64,000 bases of DNA from a virus (IMGVR_UViG_3300033074_000580:95270-159269), one strand, 5' to 3'; positions 45,889 to 56,791 are shown, counted from the stretch's first letter. The notes: generated by a model from the sequence alone, not told the origin. A program made the numbers and translations.

Positions 45889-48800
45889 TTATCTACCAAA
45901 GATATAACGTACACCCAATTGTGCACTCCACACATCAAATACTGATGAATTGTATTGATATGTATCCTTAGCTAAGATAGTAGAACCATCTAATAATTTT
46001 TGAGTTGCTAACTTATAAACTGGTTCACCATTTGTTGTAGTTGAATAGTTTAAGATAGTTGGAGCAGTTGCTCTTTGAGAAACACCCCACTCATTATTCA
46101 ATAAGTTACCAAAGTTTAAGATATCAGCTCTTACTTGAATTGTATTCTTTTTACCTTTAACTTTTACATAGATATCTTGTACTACCGATAAATCGAATCT
46201 ATGTAACATAGGGATAAATGAACCATTTCTTTCAGCGTATTGACCTCTTCTCTTAGACAAGTACTCATCTTGTTCAATATAAGACCAAAATGCTGCCTGT
46301 TGTTCTTCTTGTGTATAAGTTCTTGTACCAACTACTAATGGTGCAAATTTAATATCTGCCATTTGTTTAGGTACAAAGATTAAATCGTTACCTGCGATTC
46401 TATCACCATTCATATCACCACCAATTGTGTAAGAGAAAGGATTACCCTGATTTCCTACATAACCTAATGTGAATGATGTTGCACCACCATAGTTACCACC
46501 ATATTCTAATCTATATCCTAACAAACCTACTAAACGATTTGGAGATAAGAAATCTGAATTAGAAAGTGATAAATCGTTGTTACCATTTACACTTCTTGCA
46601 CCTGTCCAAGAACCACTAGCAATTGAACCCGCACTCATATAATCTTGCGCATCTGATACCGTCCAAGCAAATGAACCAAATAAACCTTTTTGGTAAGGAT
46701 ATTCTAATTTCAATGTTAATGAATTGAAATAAGTATCATTTGAATTTGCTAATACAATGGCGTTTGAAACGTTGCCGTTTACTCTAACACCCGCATCAGT
46801 TCCTGCATACTTTGCTCTTTGGTCAACACCGGCAAATACACCGGTTGGAACACCAAGGTTTGCATTATAATAATGAACAGCATTTAAGTTTTTGTTTGTA
46901 ATAAATTCAGCAGTACCGATGAAACCAAATGGTAACTTTTGGTCAACCGCAATATTTGTTTTCCAAACTTGTGGGAACTTATAGTTCTCTTCTGTAAATG
47001 CTAAATCAAATGTAGATGGTAAAGTTGGAGTTGATGGAATAAAGTATTTGTTAGGGTCAGCAGTGAAACCATATTTAGCAGCAGCCGCGCCACTCACATC
47101 AATATATCCTGTCAACACACCATTGTTACCAACTTGGTTAGAAATAAACACATATGGAGGTCTACCGGTGAACACACCACTACCACCTCTGAATTGAGTT
47201 TTTCTATCACCAAACACATCATAGTTAAATCCGAAACGTGGTTCTAACAATGTTTGTGTTTTTGGTAAAACACCAGTATTAAACTTCAATCCACCCGCAA
47301 ATGTCATTGCTGTTACCGCCGGATTTTCTAATGCGGTTTGTTCGAATGAAACAATCGCCGCTCTTAAACCAAAAGTTAATTTTAATTTATCATTTGCTTG
47401 ATATTCATCTTGTCCGTAGATATCTAATCTATCAGTTTTCAAAGTTTGCATTGGGTCAACCGCCCCTGGTAATGCCGAATAACGGAATTGGAAACGAGCA
47501 GGAACTAATGTAGATGGTGCTCCACCATTTGCTAATGATTGATTAGCGGCAGTATAGAAATCCGCTAAACTATTGAAGATATAAACACCATTAGATGCTG
47601 GGAAGAATAAGTTATTAGATTGATATTTCTCATAATTAAAACCAAATGTCAAAGTGTGTTTGTTTGCATACTTTGTTAAGTTGTTTGTAATATGGAAAGT
47701 ATTGTAATCTAATTTATTTCCTGGAGTGAATGGGTCAAATCCTACTGATGTAAGAGTTGTTGCACCATCTTTAATATCAATTGTTGGGAACATTTGAGAA
47801 CGATATGCTCTATCCTCAATTTGTTTATCATAACCAACGATTAAGTTGTTATGTAAAGTGTTTGATAATTTAGAGTTCAATTCTAATACATAAGAACGAG
47901 TATTATCCATAATAATGTAACCACTATTTTGGAAACTCATTGCCAATGCAGAAGTTGTTCTATTACCAAAACCTGCTGAAGTTGAGTTTGAAATGTTAAT
48001 CTCCGCTTCAGAATCGTGATGTACATAACGAGCCGTTAATTTGTGTTTATCATTGATGTTCCAATCCACACGAACTAAGAATTTCTTAGAAGCATTTGTA
48101 TTAGAATATCCTTCAAACGGACCCGTTGTGTAGTTAAACTTATCTTGCATAAATTTAGATAAGTCTGATAATTGTGTATAAGTTGGTCTACTAATTTGTG
48201 AACCTGTCAATGGAGAACCCGTTGAAATCCAAGTTGTACCTGGTTCAGTTTTTTCGATTTGTTCGTAGTTACCAAAGATGAACAATTTATTCTTAATGAT
48301 TGGCGCACCTAAACGGAAACCTTGTACCTTCTCATCGAATTTAGATGCGGTTACTTTTGTCCCTCTAGCATTATCACCCACATATGTTGAACTATTGTCT
48401 CTTTGTGTTTGATATACCGAACCTTCAATTTCATTTGTACCTGAACGTGTTACCGCATTGATACCCGCACCAACGAATCCACTTTGACGAATATCAAATG
48501 GTGCTATGTTTACCTGCAATTGCTCAATCGCGTCTAACGATATGGCGGAAGCCCCTGTTCTACCGCCAGCCTGTGCTGATGAACCTAAACCAAATCCATT
48601 ATTGAATTGAGAACCATCGATTGTAAAGTTATTCAAACGAGAATCTTGTGCGCCAAATGAGTTACCATTTCCGTTTGGATTATACTTTGTAATACCATCG
48701 ATTGTTCTTGCTCCTGTAATTGGAATATTTTGTAAATCTCTACGAGTAAATTGTTGAGACGCACCTGTTCTTTCTCTAGATATAATATTATTTCTACCTG

Positions 48801-49161
48801 AAGAAACAACCACTTCTTTTAATGATGTATTAGTTTCAACTAACACAACATCCACATTTGTGGTATTACCTAATTGAGTATTGATGTCAGATTGTTCGTT
48901 TTGTTTAAAACCAACAAACGACACCACCACTTTATATGGGCCACCTACTCTCACAGCAGGAACCACATATCTACCAGATTGATTTGTACTTGTACCATAT
49001 TTGGTTCCCGTCGGTACGTGTACAACTTGTATTGTGGCACCTGGCAATGCCTCTCCCTTTTCAGATTTTACGATACCTGATATCGTCGAGGTCGTGACTT
49101 GGGCAAACCCCGAAAACCCAACTGCTAGCATCAGCAGTAAACTGAGAATTGTTTTTTTCAT
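45889..49161 (-). CDS. Oar-like TonB-dependent receptor with carboxypeptidase-regulatory-like N-domain
   Basis: Signal peptide; SGIVKSEKGEALPGATI; NNFTIDG, AVTRSGTN plug; C-terminal QLGVRYIF; start moved to 49161. Confidence 0.9.
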   Translation of the reverse strand: MKKTILSLLLMLAVGFSGFAQVTTSTISGIVKSEKGEALPGATIQVVHVPTGTKYGTSTNQSGRYVVPAVRVGGPYKVVVSFVGFKQNEQSDINTQLGNTTNVDVVLVETNTSLKEVVVSSGRNNIISRERTGASQQFTRRDLQNIPITGARTIDGITKYNPNGNGNSFGAQDSRLNNFTIDGSQFNNGFGLGSSAQAGGRTGASAISLDAIEQLQVNIAPFDIRQSGFVGAGINAVTRSGTNEIEGSVYQTQRDNSSTYVGDNARGTKVTASKFDEKVQGFRLGAPIIKNKLFIFGNYEQIEKTEPGTTWISTGSPLTGSQISRPTYTQLSDLSKFMQDKFNYTTGPFEGYSNTNASKKFLVRVDWNINDKHKLTARYVHHDSEAEINISNSTSAGFGNRTTSALAMSFQNSGYIIMDNTRSYVLELNSKLSNTLHNNLIVGYDKQIEDRAYRSQMFPTIDIKDGATTLTSVGFDPFTPGNKLDYNTFHITNNLTKYANKHTLTFGFNYEKYQSNNLFFPASNGVYIFNSLADFYTAANQSLANGGAPSTLVPARFQFRYSALPGAVDPMQTLKTDRLDIYGQDEYQANDKLKLTFGLRAAIVSFEQTALENPAVTAMTFAGGLKFNTGVLPKTQTLLEPRFGFNYDVFGDRKTQFRGGSGVFTGRPPYVFISNQVGNNGVLTGYIDVSGAAAAKYGFTADPNKYFIPSTPTLPSTFDLAFTEENYKFPQVWKTNIAVDQKLPFGFIGTAEFITNKNLNAVHYYNANLGVPTGVFAGVDQRAKYAGTDAGVRVNGNVSNAIVLANSNDTYFNSLTLKLEYPYQKGLFGSFAWTVSDAQDYMSAGSIASGSWTGARSVNGNNDLSLSNSDFLSPNRLVGLLGYRLEYGGNYGGATSFTLGYVGNQGNPFSYTIGGDMNGDRIAGNDLIFVPKQMADIKFAPLVVGTRTYTQEEQQAAFWSYIEQDEYLSKRRGQYAERNGSFIPMLHRFDLSVVQDIYVKVKGKKNTIQVRADILNFGNLLNNEWGVSQRATAPTILNYSTTTNGEPVYKLATQKLLDGSTILAKDTYQYNSSVFDVWSAQLGVRYIFGR

Positions 49162-49395
49162 TCGTTTTTTGTTTAAAAATTTATTGTTTTGTATAATATA
49201 CGAAAAAATATCCATAAAAAGAAGTTTGGACATATTTGTAATTGATTTTCGCATACACAAATAAATAAGAATTCGACCTTAAAAATGTCCATATTTTTAG
49301 TGACTATTTGTCAGTAAAAAATTTATTTGGGATTTGGGGTCGACTATGTTAAAAAAGTTGGAAATTTTATTTTGTAATACACTATTTATAACAAT

Positions 49396-49701
49396 ATGGA
49401 AAACATTTATTCGGTTTTAATCACTGCGGTTACATTATTAGGTGGTGGTAGTGCATGGCGTTATTATGAAAGAAGGGCAATGCATAAAGAAAAAGATGAA
49501 GATTTTATTAGACACGATTGTAAAGATAGAATCGCCAAATTGGAGGCATTGTTAGAAACGTCAGCTAAAGAAAAAGACGAACTTCGTAATATGGTGTTAG
49601 CTTTAACAAAAGAAGTGGCTGCACTATCTGTTAAGGTTGAATATCTCACAAAAGAAAATGAAGATTTACATAAAAAAGCAACAAGAAAAATAGTTAAGTA
49701 A
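49396..49701 (+). CDS. membrane-anchored coiled-coil protein
   Basis: N-terminal TM + heptads. Confidence 0.65.
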   Translation: MENIYSVLITAVTLLGGGSAWRYYERRAMHKEKDEDFIRHDCKDRIAKLEALLETSAKEKDELRNMVLALTKEVAALSVKVEYLTKENEDLHKKATRKIVK

Positions 49702-49702
49702 T

Positions 49703-50098
49703 ATGAAAAAGTATATATTCACAGAATCACAAATTAAAATGGTTATCGATAACCAAATAAACGAACAAATGAGTCCTGAAGATAAATTTGCAAAACAACA
49801 ACAAGCAAGTTTTGATGCGGTTTACAATAACCCACCGATTTCACAACAGATGAAAAAATATCCGGCAGGTACTAAATTTGGATTTTCTCCAGCAAAAGCC
49901 GCTGAAATAAGTAAAAACAGTCATAGTAACATTTTATACCAAGTAAAACCTGGTGATACAATTAGTGGTATAGTACAAAAGAAAGGTGCAAATTCCGAAT
50001 ATAACGTATTGTATGACAATGACTTATTAAAAGGTAACCCTAAGGCAATCCAACCAGGTATGGTTATCACATTTAGTTTATTACCATCAGGAAACTAA
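49703..50098 (+). CDS. LysM-domain protein with FTESQIK N-terminal motif
   Basis: YQVKPGDTISGI...IQPGMVI. Confidence 0.75.
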   Translation: MKKYIFTESQIKMVIDNQINEQMSPEDKFAKQQQASFDAVYNNPPISQQMKKYPAGTKFGFSPAKAAEISKNSHSNILYQVKPGDTISGIVQKKGANSEYNVLYDNDLLKGNPKAIQPGMVITFSLLPSGN

Positions 50099-50664
50099 AC
50101 ATTTTTAGTTAATGAATCAAAAATATTGATTATATCATCTAAACCGTTATAATCAAAACATTCAGAATAACCTGAAAAAGATTCCAAAATTGGTCTGTAT
50201 TTTTTTACAGACCTTTTTTTATTCAATTTCTCTTTTATGTCACTTTCCAACTGTTCAGCATTTGGAGTATCGATTCTTCTTAAAATGGTTTCAACCATAT
50301 ATCCATCATAACCATATGCCTTACTAAAACGCCTCATTATAAATCTCTTAGAAGTTATCCCAACCTTAACGAATGTTTTACCTGTAGATTCCTCTTTGAT
50401 TAAAACCAAATATAAAGATTTAGGTAATTTATCGACTTTTTTCTTTTTATCCTGTGATTTTTTAACCAACTTCAACCCAACATAATCCTTAGCTTTTTCC
50501 AAAGACGAGAACTCTTTTAAATCCCTATAGGGGTTCATTATGGTTTTTTTGAACCTTTCAATATAGATAGTTTTTCCACTATCTACGATGTATTTCGTAC
50601 CTTTTTTAGTTTCATCGATAAAAATTGAATAATATCCCATTTTAAATAATAATTCTTTAGCCAT
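50095..50664 (-). CDS. GIY-YIG/T5orf172-like nuclease
   Basis: LYLV..FVKVGIT..R..E..ECF. Confidence 0.6.
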   Translation of the reverse strand: MAKELLFKMGYYSIFIDETKKGTKYIVDSGKTIYIERFKKTIMNPYRDLKEFSSLEKAKDYVGLKLVKKSQDKKKKVDKLPKSLYLVLIKEESTGKTFVKVGITSKRFIMRRFSKAYGYDGYMVETILRRIDTPNAEQLESDIKEKLNKKRSVKKYRPILESFSGYSECFDYNGLDDIINIFDSLTKNV

Positions 50665-50724
50665 AAGAATATTTGGATTTTTGTTATAATATACATACCT
50701 TTGTGGAACAAATAAATTTTAAAC

Positions 50725-51075
50725 ATGGAAAAAACTAAAAAGTGTTCAGGTTGTAAACAAGAGTTATCACTATCTAATTTTTATAAAAACAAACTGATTT
50801 CTGATGGTCATAGTAACTATTGTGTCTCATGTACCAAAGAAAACTCACAAAGATATTTCCGAAGAAAGAAAGAGAAACAAATAAAAGAAGGTAACGACAA
50901 CTTAATGAAAATGGTTTTATTAAGTGAATCAACTAATGGTAATCCTGAAAATGTTGATAATTTGTTAAGGGTAATTACCATTGAAAGAATGGCTAAAAAG
51001 ATATTAGAAGAAATTGACATATTAAAAAAGAATTTTTCCCCGTCAATAAAAGAAGATGTATTACAAAACTCTTGA
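50725..51075 (+). CDS. Zn-finger protein (HNH-associated N-domain)
   Basis: KKCSGC..F..DG..YCVSC. Confidence 0.6.
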   Translation: MEKTKKCSGCKQELSLSNFYKNKLISDGHSNYCVSCTKENSQRYFRRKKEKQIKEGNDNLMKMVLLSESTNGNPENVDNLLRVITIERMAKKILEEIDILKKNFSPSIKEDVLQNS

Positions 51076-51116
51076 TTTTTAATATGGTAAAGGTATTTAT
51101 ATAATATTTATCTATT

Positions 51117-52826
51117 ATGAACATCAAGAAAATTGTATCTACCGTATTATCAGAGGCGGTTAGTAAAAAAGACTTCCCTGCAATTGTTAGAAAGAAATTA
51201 TCGGACGCATATCCGGTATCTTTTAACGAGTTGACACCAGAAGAACAAAATCAATATATAAATCAAATTATTACAAGACACGATGTTATCAAACCATTAT
51301 TAAATGTTGATAATTCTATTGTGTATAATTTCTTATTACGTCATGATGGTACTCACGGAAGTAAAAAAATAGAACTACAACAACTTCAAAGTTTACCAGA
51401 AGCACCTATTGAGGAATTATTAGAATTGATGGTTGCGTTAAGTAAAGGTAAATTTGAGAAAAAATCTTTAAGTACAGATTCGGGAACCGAATCGGAAAAA
51501 AGTGATGAAGAAATTGAGAAAGAGAGAGTTGATTCTATTTTTAAAGAAAATTCAAATAGACCAACAGATGAAAAATTAGAATACTCAAAATCAATGTGGG
51601 AAGACCCTAATACCGCACTTATAAATGAAAATGGTGTTAGAGTTTACTACGTTAAAGACCAAGAAACTTCAGAAAGATTTGGATATTATTATGAATCCAT
51701 ATTCAAGGAACAATTTAAAATAGTTAAGGGTGACCCTAAATTCTCAAGTGTCGATTTAAGAGCTCCGTGGTGTCAAGTATGGAGAGGAGAATCTCAATAT
51801 GGATATGAAGTAAAAGACGAAAATGGTAGACCATTATATAGTCATTCACCAAATAAGTGGGGTCAAATGAGAGAGCAAATTGGTTATACTTTTTATTATC
51901 TAATTGATGATAAAATTGACCCGTTACAAAATGTTGTTGAAAAAGGTCAATGGCACATGGTTGCAATTGCAATAAAAAGAAATGGAGCCATTATCTTATC
52001 ACCAATGTTAAATGCGGGTGAGATTTCCAAACCATGGGCGTCAGTTGTTCAAATGTATCCGGAACTTGAAAAATATAGAAACGTATTTCAAAGTGAAGAA
52101 TTTGAAGAATCTGAATTAAAGGTTAAATTAAAACAGGGTGAGGTTAGAGTTAGTGAAAATGAGGGTAGTCCTAAAGAATTTGCCAGATTAAGTCCTGACG
52201 AACAAATTATATGGATTCAACAAGATAATGATATTACTAAAGTTAAGTCATGGAAAGCAATGGCTCCACCGGTAAGAATTGCATACATTGGTACAATTGA
52301 TGCAAGTAACTATACACATAAAATATCAAACTGGGATTTATTAAAGGCAATACTTTCAACTGAAGGATTTGCTAGTAAAATTAACAGAAGAGTACCAAAT
52401 GGTGTGAGTAAATTGGTTGGATTCTATATTAACGTTGACTTTAATATGGCATTTTCAGGTAAGAAAACTGAAACAACCGTTGTTTTATCTAACAAAAATA
52501 CCAGAAAAATGGGTATATTTGATACGTTAAAGGGTGGTTGGGTTGAAAGTGGTGGTATCACATATAGTGACAAATTTGTAAATCAAGATAGGGATGGTGA
52601 TATCGTTGTAACAAATGATGGTGATTATATATTGGTGTATAAATTTTTATCCGATGACGGCAATTCATTCTACATCATTAACGATGAACCACAAGACAAA
52701 CAACACATTGGTTATATTTTAAGTGAGAAATCATATATGGCGTTTAGAGATGAATTCCTAAGTGACTCAACTAAATTTGACCCGAATAGTAAACAAGTAG
52801 ATATTGGTGAATTATCAATAAAATAA
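51117..52826 (+). CDS. large hypothetical late protein
   Basis: 569 aa; VLSE N-terminus; TATTTATA upstream. Confidence 0.65.
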   Translation: MNIKKIVSTVLSEAVSKKDFPAIVRKKLSDAYPVSFNELTPEEQNQYINQIITRHDVIKPLLNVDNSIVYNFLLRHDGTHGSKKIELQQLQSLPEAPIEELLELMVALSKGKFEKKSLSTDSGTESEKSDEEIEKERVDSIFKENSNRPTDEKLEYSKSMWEDPNTALINENGVRVYYVKDQETSERFGYYYESIFKEQFKIVKGDPKFSSVDLRAPWCQVWRGESQYGYEVKDENGRPLYSHSPNKWGQMREQIGYTFYYLIDDKIDPLQNVVEKGQWHMVAIAIKRNGAIILSPMLNAGEISKPWASVVQMYPELEKYRNVFQSEEFEESELKVKLKQGEVRVSENEGSPKEFARLSPDEQIIWIQQDNDITKVKSWKAMAPPVRIAYIGTIDASNYTHKISNWDLLKAILSTEGFASKINRRVPNGVSKLVGFYINVDFNMAFSGKKTETTVVLSNKNTRKMGIFDTLKGGWVESGGITYSDKFVNQDRDGDIVVTNDGDYILVYKFLSDDGNSFYIINDEPQDKQHIGYILSEKSYMAFRDEFLSDSTKFDPNSKQVDIGELSIK

Positions 52827-52851
52827 AAAAAGGGACATTAAGTCCCTTTTT

Positions 52852-53694
52852 TTATGATAATAAAGAATAGTATTCTTTGAAGTGTTTTATACGGTCAGCT
52901 AAACCAATTGTTCCTCCATTAACTCTTTTAGTAATTTTTGTTACAACAGTATCACTTGCACCTTCGTCCGCCATTTTATGTAAACCATTTTTATTGAAGA
53001 ACCAAGCTGCAGATAATAATGCGTAATCTGATGCAACTTTATCTGGATTTGATAAAATATCTTCGTTTATTGACTTACCAAATGCTGTGTAGTTTTCTTT
53101 ACCGGTTAATTGAATGTAACCACGTCCACAGAATTTTGCACCTTCACCTGATGATTCGGGACCATTGCCCATTCTGTTTCCATAAACTTTATTGGCAATT
53201 TTTGCGGGTTGTCTTTCATAAGGTTTTGCGGCAGCTTCTGTTGGGAAGTATTTCTTAAATGTTCCCGTTAAACCTTTTGCAGAATAATTTAAATTTTCTT
53301 TTGTTAATCTAAACCCACCCGATTCGTGACCACATTGTGCTAAGAAGTGCGCTAATCTTAATGGTGTGTTAATTTGAAATTTAGCAGCAGTATCAGGAAT
53401 TTGTCTAATAACCGCGTCAGGTACGTGACCTTTTAATTTTTCTAACTTTAAACCACCAACACTTGCAACAGGTGCGGGTTCCGTAATTACTGTTGGTGCA
53501 CTTACAACACCCTCAGCAAATAATTTACCCCAAGTACCGTCACCAACAATACCATCTGCGGTTAGTCCATTTGCAGTTTGCCAAGCTTTAACGGCAGCTT
53601 CGGTTTTAGGACCGAATTTACCTATTGGGTCCACCCCTAATTTTTGTTGGAGTTTTTTTACATCTTCTCCTTCTGAACCTAATTTTAATAACAT
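52852..53694 (-). CDS. endolysin: PG-binding domain + GH19 lysozyme/chitinase domain
   Basis: LKLGSEGEDVKKLQ..ADGIVG; FLAQCGHESGG, GRGYIQLTG, INGG-like VNGG. Confidence 0.9.
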   Translation of the reverse strand: MLLKLGSEGEDVKKLQQKLGVDPIGKFGPKTEAAVKAWQTANGLTADGIVGDGTWGKLFAEGVVSAPTVITEPAPVASVGGLKLEKLKGHVPDAVIRQIPDTAAKFQINTPLRLAHFLAQCGHESGGFRLTKENLNYSAKGLTGTFKKYFPTEAAAKPYERQPAKIANKVYGNRMGNGPESSGEGAKFCGRGYIQLTGKENYTAFGKSINEDILSNPDKVASDYALLSAAWFFNKNGLHKMADEGASDTVVTKITKRVNGGTIGLADRIKHFKEYYSLLS

Positions 53695-53859
53695 AGTATA
53701 AAAAGTTTTGTGTTTATTATATAAATACTCTTTCCTTTTTTTAAGTTTTCACTATACTTATTATTAGACCTTGTGGTTGAATCGGAAGTGTCCTTGTGGC
53801 ATTTGAGTTGGAATTGATACCAACGAATTCGGGTTCAAATACAAAAAAATATAAGGAAA

Positions 53860-54690
53860 ATGAACAGAAGAATTTCAGTTACAACAACTGGTCTTGCTGT
53901 ACCACAATCTTTTATTACCAAAGGTAAACAAAGATTAAAACAGCACACAGATACCGTTTATCTTAATAACGGTGACGAGTTCGAAATCGAACTTTTTAAT
54001 CCCACACACAATAAAGTTTTAGCAAAAATTGAGATGAATGGTAATTCCATTGGTAATGGTATTATACTTCGTCCTGGTGAACGTGTTTTCCTCGAAAGGT
54101 ATCTTGATGAGGCGAAGAAGTTTTTGTTTGAAACATACATTGTAAATGGGAATGATAAAGAAGTTCAACAAGCTATTGCCAATAATGGTGATGTGGTTGT
54201 CAAATTCTATAATGAAATTTTATCACCAACATACTACAGTAGTGGCTCTGGTACAGTAACAATTAGTAATCCGGCATGGATAAATACGGGTTCACCATTT
54301 ACTTACACCACACATAATACGTTAGGTACAACTACATTTAATCCCACAAGCATAACAACAACAGGAACAAATGCAACATATTTCTCTAATACATCATTAA
54401 CAAGTGGAACATTTAGTACTTCAAATACGCTTCTTAAAAATAATACAAAAAGTCCATTAAGAAGTCTTGAAACAGGTAGGGTGGAAAAAGGTTCAGATTC
54501 AGACCAATCTTTCACATATGATACTACATCATTCTATTCTTGGGCATCAACCACTAATGAATGGAAAATTAAACCTCAATCAACTAAACCAATCATGAGA
54601 GAGGATTTAGTTACTTACTGCTCTGAGTGTGGTAGTAAGAGAAAAAAAGACACACATAAGTTTTGCCCACATTGCGGAACAAAATTCTAA
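53860..54690 (+). CDS. hypothetical protein with Thr/Ser-rich linker and C-terminal zinc ribbon
   Basis: CSECG..FCPHCG. Confidence 0.7.
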   Translation: MNRRISVTTTGLAVPQSFITKGKQRLKQHTDTVYLNNGDEFEIELFNPTHNKVLAKIEMNGNSIGNGIILRPGERVFLERYLDEAKKFLFETYIVNGNDKEVQQAIANNGDVVVKFYNEILSPTYYSSGSGTVTISNPAWINTGSPFTYTTHNTLGTTTFNPTSITTTGTNATYFSNTSLTSGTFSTSNTLLKNNTKSPLRSLETGRVEKGSDSDQSFTYDTTSFYSWASTTNEWKIKPQSTKPIMREDLVTYCSECGSKRKKDTHKFCPHCGTKF

Positions 54691-54717
54691 TAATAAACTA
54701 ATCACAAGGTCAAATAA

Positions 54718-54746
54718 AAAACCCCTCATTAGAGGGGTTTTCTTTT
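54718..54746. terminator. bidirectional terminator between convergent genes
   Basis: AAAACCCCTC/GAGGGGTTTT. Confidence 0.7.
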
Positions 54747-55089
54747 AATTATGTTTTCCACACCAAGGACAAATCGGTAGTGATTTTTTCTTTTTGTAGG
54801 TTGTTTGGGTATATAATTTCTTACAAGCCTTACACTTCAAAAACTTAGCATCCTTATTTAAATCATCGATACTTTTAACTTGTTTATCTGTAAGTGAACC
54901 TAATCTAATTTCATTGTCGTCATCTTCATTTAATTTTTCGTTGTCGTGCCCACATTTATGACACACATACATATCTTTTCCACCTTCAGATTTTTTCCAT
55001 TCCCACCCACATTTATCACAATGTATTTTTCCATTTTTTTCAGACTCAACTATATTCTTTAATTGAGACTCCGTTATAATAATTTTCAT
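54745..55089 (-). CDS. tandem zinc-ribbon protein with ITESQLK N-terminal motif
   Basis: Four CxxC pairs. Confidence 0.65.
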   Translation of the reverse strand: MKIIITESQLKNIVESEKNGKIHCDKCGWEWKKSEGGKDMYVCHKCGHDNEKLNEDDDNEIRLGSLTDKQVKSIDDLNKDAKFLKCKACKKLYTQTTYKKKKSLPICPWCGKHN

Positions 55090-55101
55090 AATGATAAATA
55101 G

Positions 55102-55320
55102 TTAGGTAATCTGTGTTTTTTCAAATCCATCTTTTAAAAACACCGAAAAGTCACCTGTAATCTTTTCTTTAAAGTTATGTAACTCCTCATAATGTTTTGT
55201 ACAAAGATATGTTGTAAATGAATACATACCAAGATTACTATCCAATACTTTGTAAGTTTCTTTGTGTTTCACATCCCTGTGACAACCAATAAATTGACAT
55301 TCGTGTTTTTCCATAAGCAT
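55102..55320 (-). CDS. small Cys/His protein
   Basis: CQFIGC..LCTKH. Confidence 0.55.
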   Translation of the reverse strand: MLMEKHECQFIGCHRDVKHKETYKVLDSNLGMYSFTTYLCTKHYEELHNFKEKITGDFSVFLKDGFEKTQIT

Positions 55321-55350
55321 AAAAAAACCCTCAATAGTGAGGGTTTTAAA

Positions 55351-55605
55351 TTATTTAATAAATCTATCAAATTCTTTTTTTATTGATTCATTCAAACTAT
55401 AATCAAATCTTGAATCATTATCTTTTGGTGCTTCAAGTGTTTTATTCTCCAAATGACTTATTATCACTCTTTTAGTATTTTCACTAATCTTATCACTTTC
55501 AGATAATGCCTTAACCATAAAGTCTCTAAATTCAATAGAAGGATTATTTAAAAGTGATGTCACCACGGCAGCTAAATAATCTCGTTCGTTTGCAACTAAA
55601 CTCAT
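55351..55605 (-). CDS. small protein with NESIKKEFDRF C-terminal motif
   Basis: ORF. Confidence 0.6.
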   Translation of the reverse strand: MSLVANERDYLAAVVTSLLNNPSIEFRDFMVKALSESDKISENTKRVIISHLENKTLEAPKDNDSRFDYSLNESIKKEFDRFIK

Positions 55606-55832
55606 TATAAAAATCTTTTAAAATTATCTTTAATTTTTTGAATTGATTCATTCATCATTGAATCTTCTTCTTTAACCTCTTCAGGTTCCTTAACATCAAC
55701 CTCTTCTTGGTCTTTATCCTCCAATTGGTCCATGTCTGTCATTTCTTCCTCATTTGTTTCCGCTTGATAAGTATGACGACGTTCCATGATTGTCTTTAAT
55801 TGTGCTTCTGTGATTTTGATTTTCTTTGCCAT
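55605..55832 (-). CDS. acidic small protein with ITEAQLK N-motif and NESIQKIKDNFKRFL C-motif
   Basis: ORF. Confidence 0.7.
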   Translation of the reverse strand: MAKKIKITEAQLKTIMERRHTYQAETNEEEMTDMDQLEDKDQEEVDVKEPEEVKEEDSMMNESIQKIKDNFKRFL

Positions 55833-55860
55833 GTTGTGCTTAATATCTTTATAAATATCG

Positions 55861-56772
55861 TTAAAATTCTTTATTTTTCATCTTCTCTTTGTGTTTTTCA
55901 AATTCGATGTCACCACCTCTTTGTGTAATCCACAATAAAGCCATTTTTGGTTCATCTGTATGAATAATATCCCCAACACAGAAACTCAATAATTCACCCT
56001 CAATAGCATCTATTTTATCTCTATACTCAATTCCTCTTCTTCTTTCATCGTCAGTTAAACTATACTTATCATTCTCATATTTTTGATTCAAATAGTCCAT
56101 ATCTCTTCTCCACGGTTCTTTTACTGTTGTCCATAATACATCCTTTGCAACAATATCGTGAATTAAGATTTCATTCCAAGAATTACTTAAAGTTGCTTGT
56201 GTTGCCTTATTTCTAATTTCGTGTCTATGTTCCGTTATAAATTCCTCAACCATTAAGATAAATCTAGCAATAAATTTAATTACTTCTTTTGGTTTCTTTT
56301 CATTATCGCCATACCAACTACTTGTATTTTGTGGGTAATTGTTTCGAATGTAATTATCCACCATACGACGATATTCACTATCTAAATGAGATGGGAATAC
56401 CGTACTTGATGATAACCATTTTTTACCTCTGTTGTCTGGATATGTTACTAAATTATAGTTACCCAAATATAATGTTTTACCTTCCAATTGAAATAACACA
56501 CCTCCACTTGTTCTAACTCCACTTAAATTTTTAAGATAACTTTTATCCATAAATGTAAATGATGAAATTCCTTTCTTTTCATTTATCATTTGTTTAATAC
56601 CCGAAATACCTGCAATATCTGTTACGTGAAACGTTGTGATTCTATAGTTACCGAATAATGTGTTACCAATTTTATTGGTTAATGGAACATAAAAACTCCT
56701 TAAATGAGATAATTCATCACCATAATTGGCTGGTTTACCATAATCTTCGTCTAAATTTACTTCTTTCATCAC
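55861..56772 (-). CDS. hypothetical protein
   Basis: 303-aa ORF. Confidence 0.6.
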   Translation of the reverse strand: MMKEVNLDEDYGKPANYGDELSHLRSFYVPLTNKIGNTLFGNYRITTFHVTDIAGISGIKQMINEKKGISSFTFMDKSYLKNLSGVRTSGGVLFQLEGKTLYLGNYNLVTYPDNRGKKWLSSSTVFPSHLDSEYRRMVDNYIRNNYPQNTSSWYGDNEKKPKEVIKFIARFILMVEEFITEHRHEIRNKATQATLSNSWNEILIHDIVAKDVLWTTVKEPWRRDMDYLNQKYENDKYSLTDDERRRGIEYRDKIDAIEGELLSFCVGDIIHTDEPKMALLWITQRGGDIEFEKHKEKMKNKEF

Positions 56773-56773
56773 A

Positions 56774-56787
56774 TATAAATATTTATA
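56774..56787. promoter_or_regulatory. palindromic divergent late-promoter-like motif TATAAATATTTATA
   Basis: Fills the 19-nt gap between divergent starts; TATTTATA precedes many genes on either strand. Confidence 0.6.
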
Positions 56788-56791
56788 AAAG

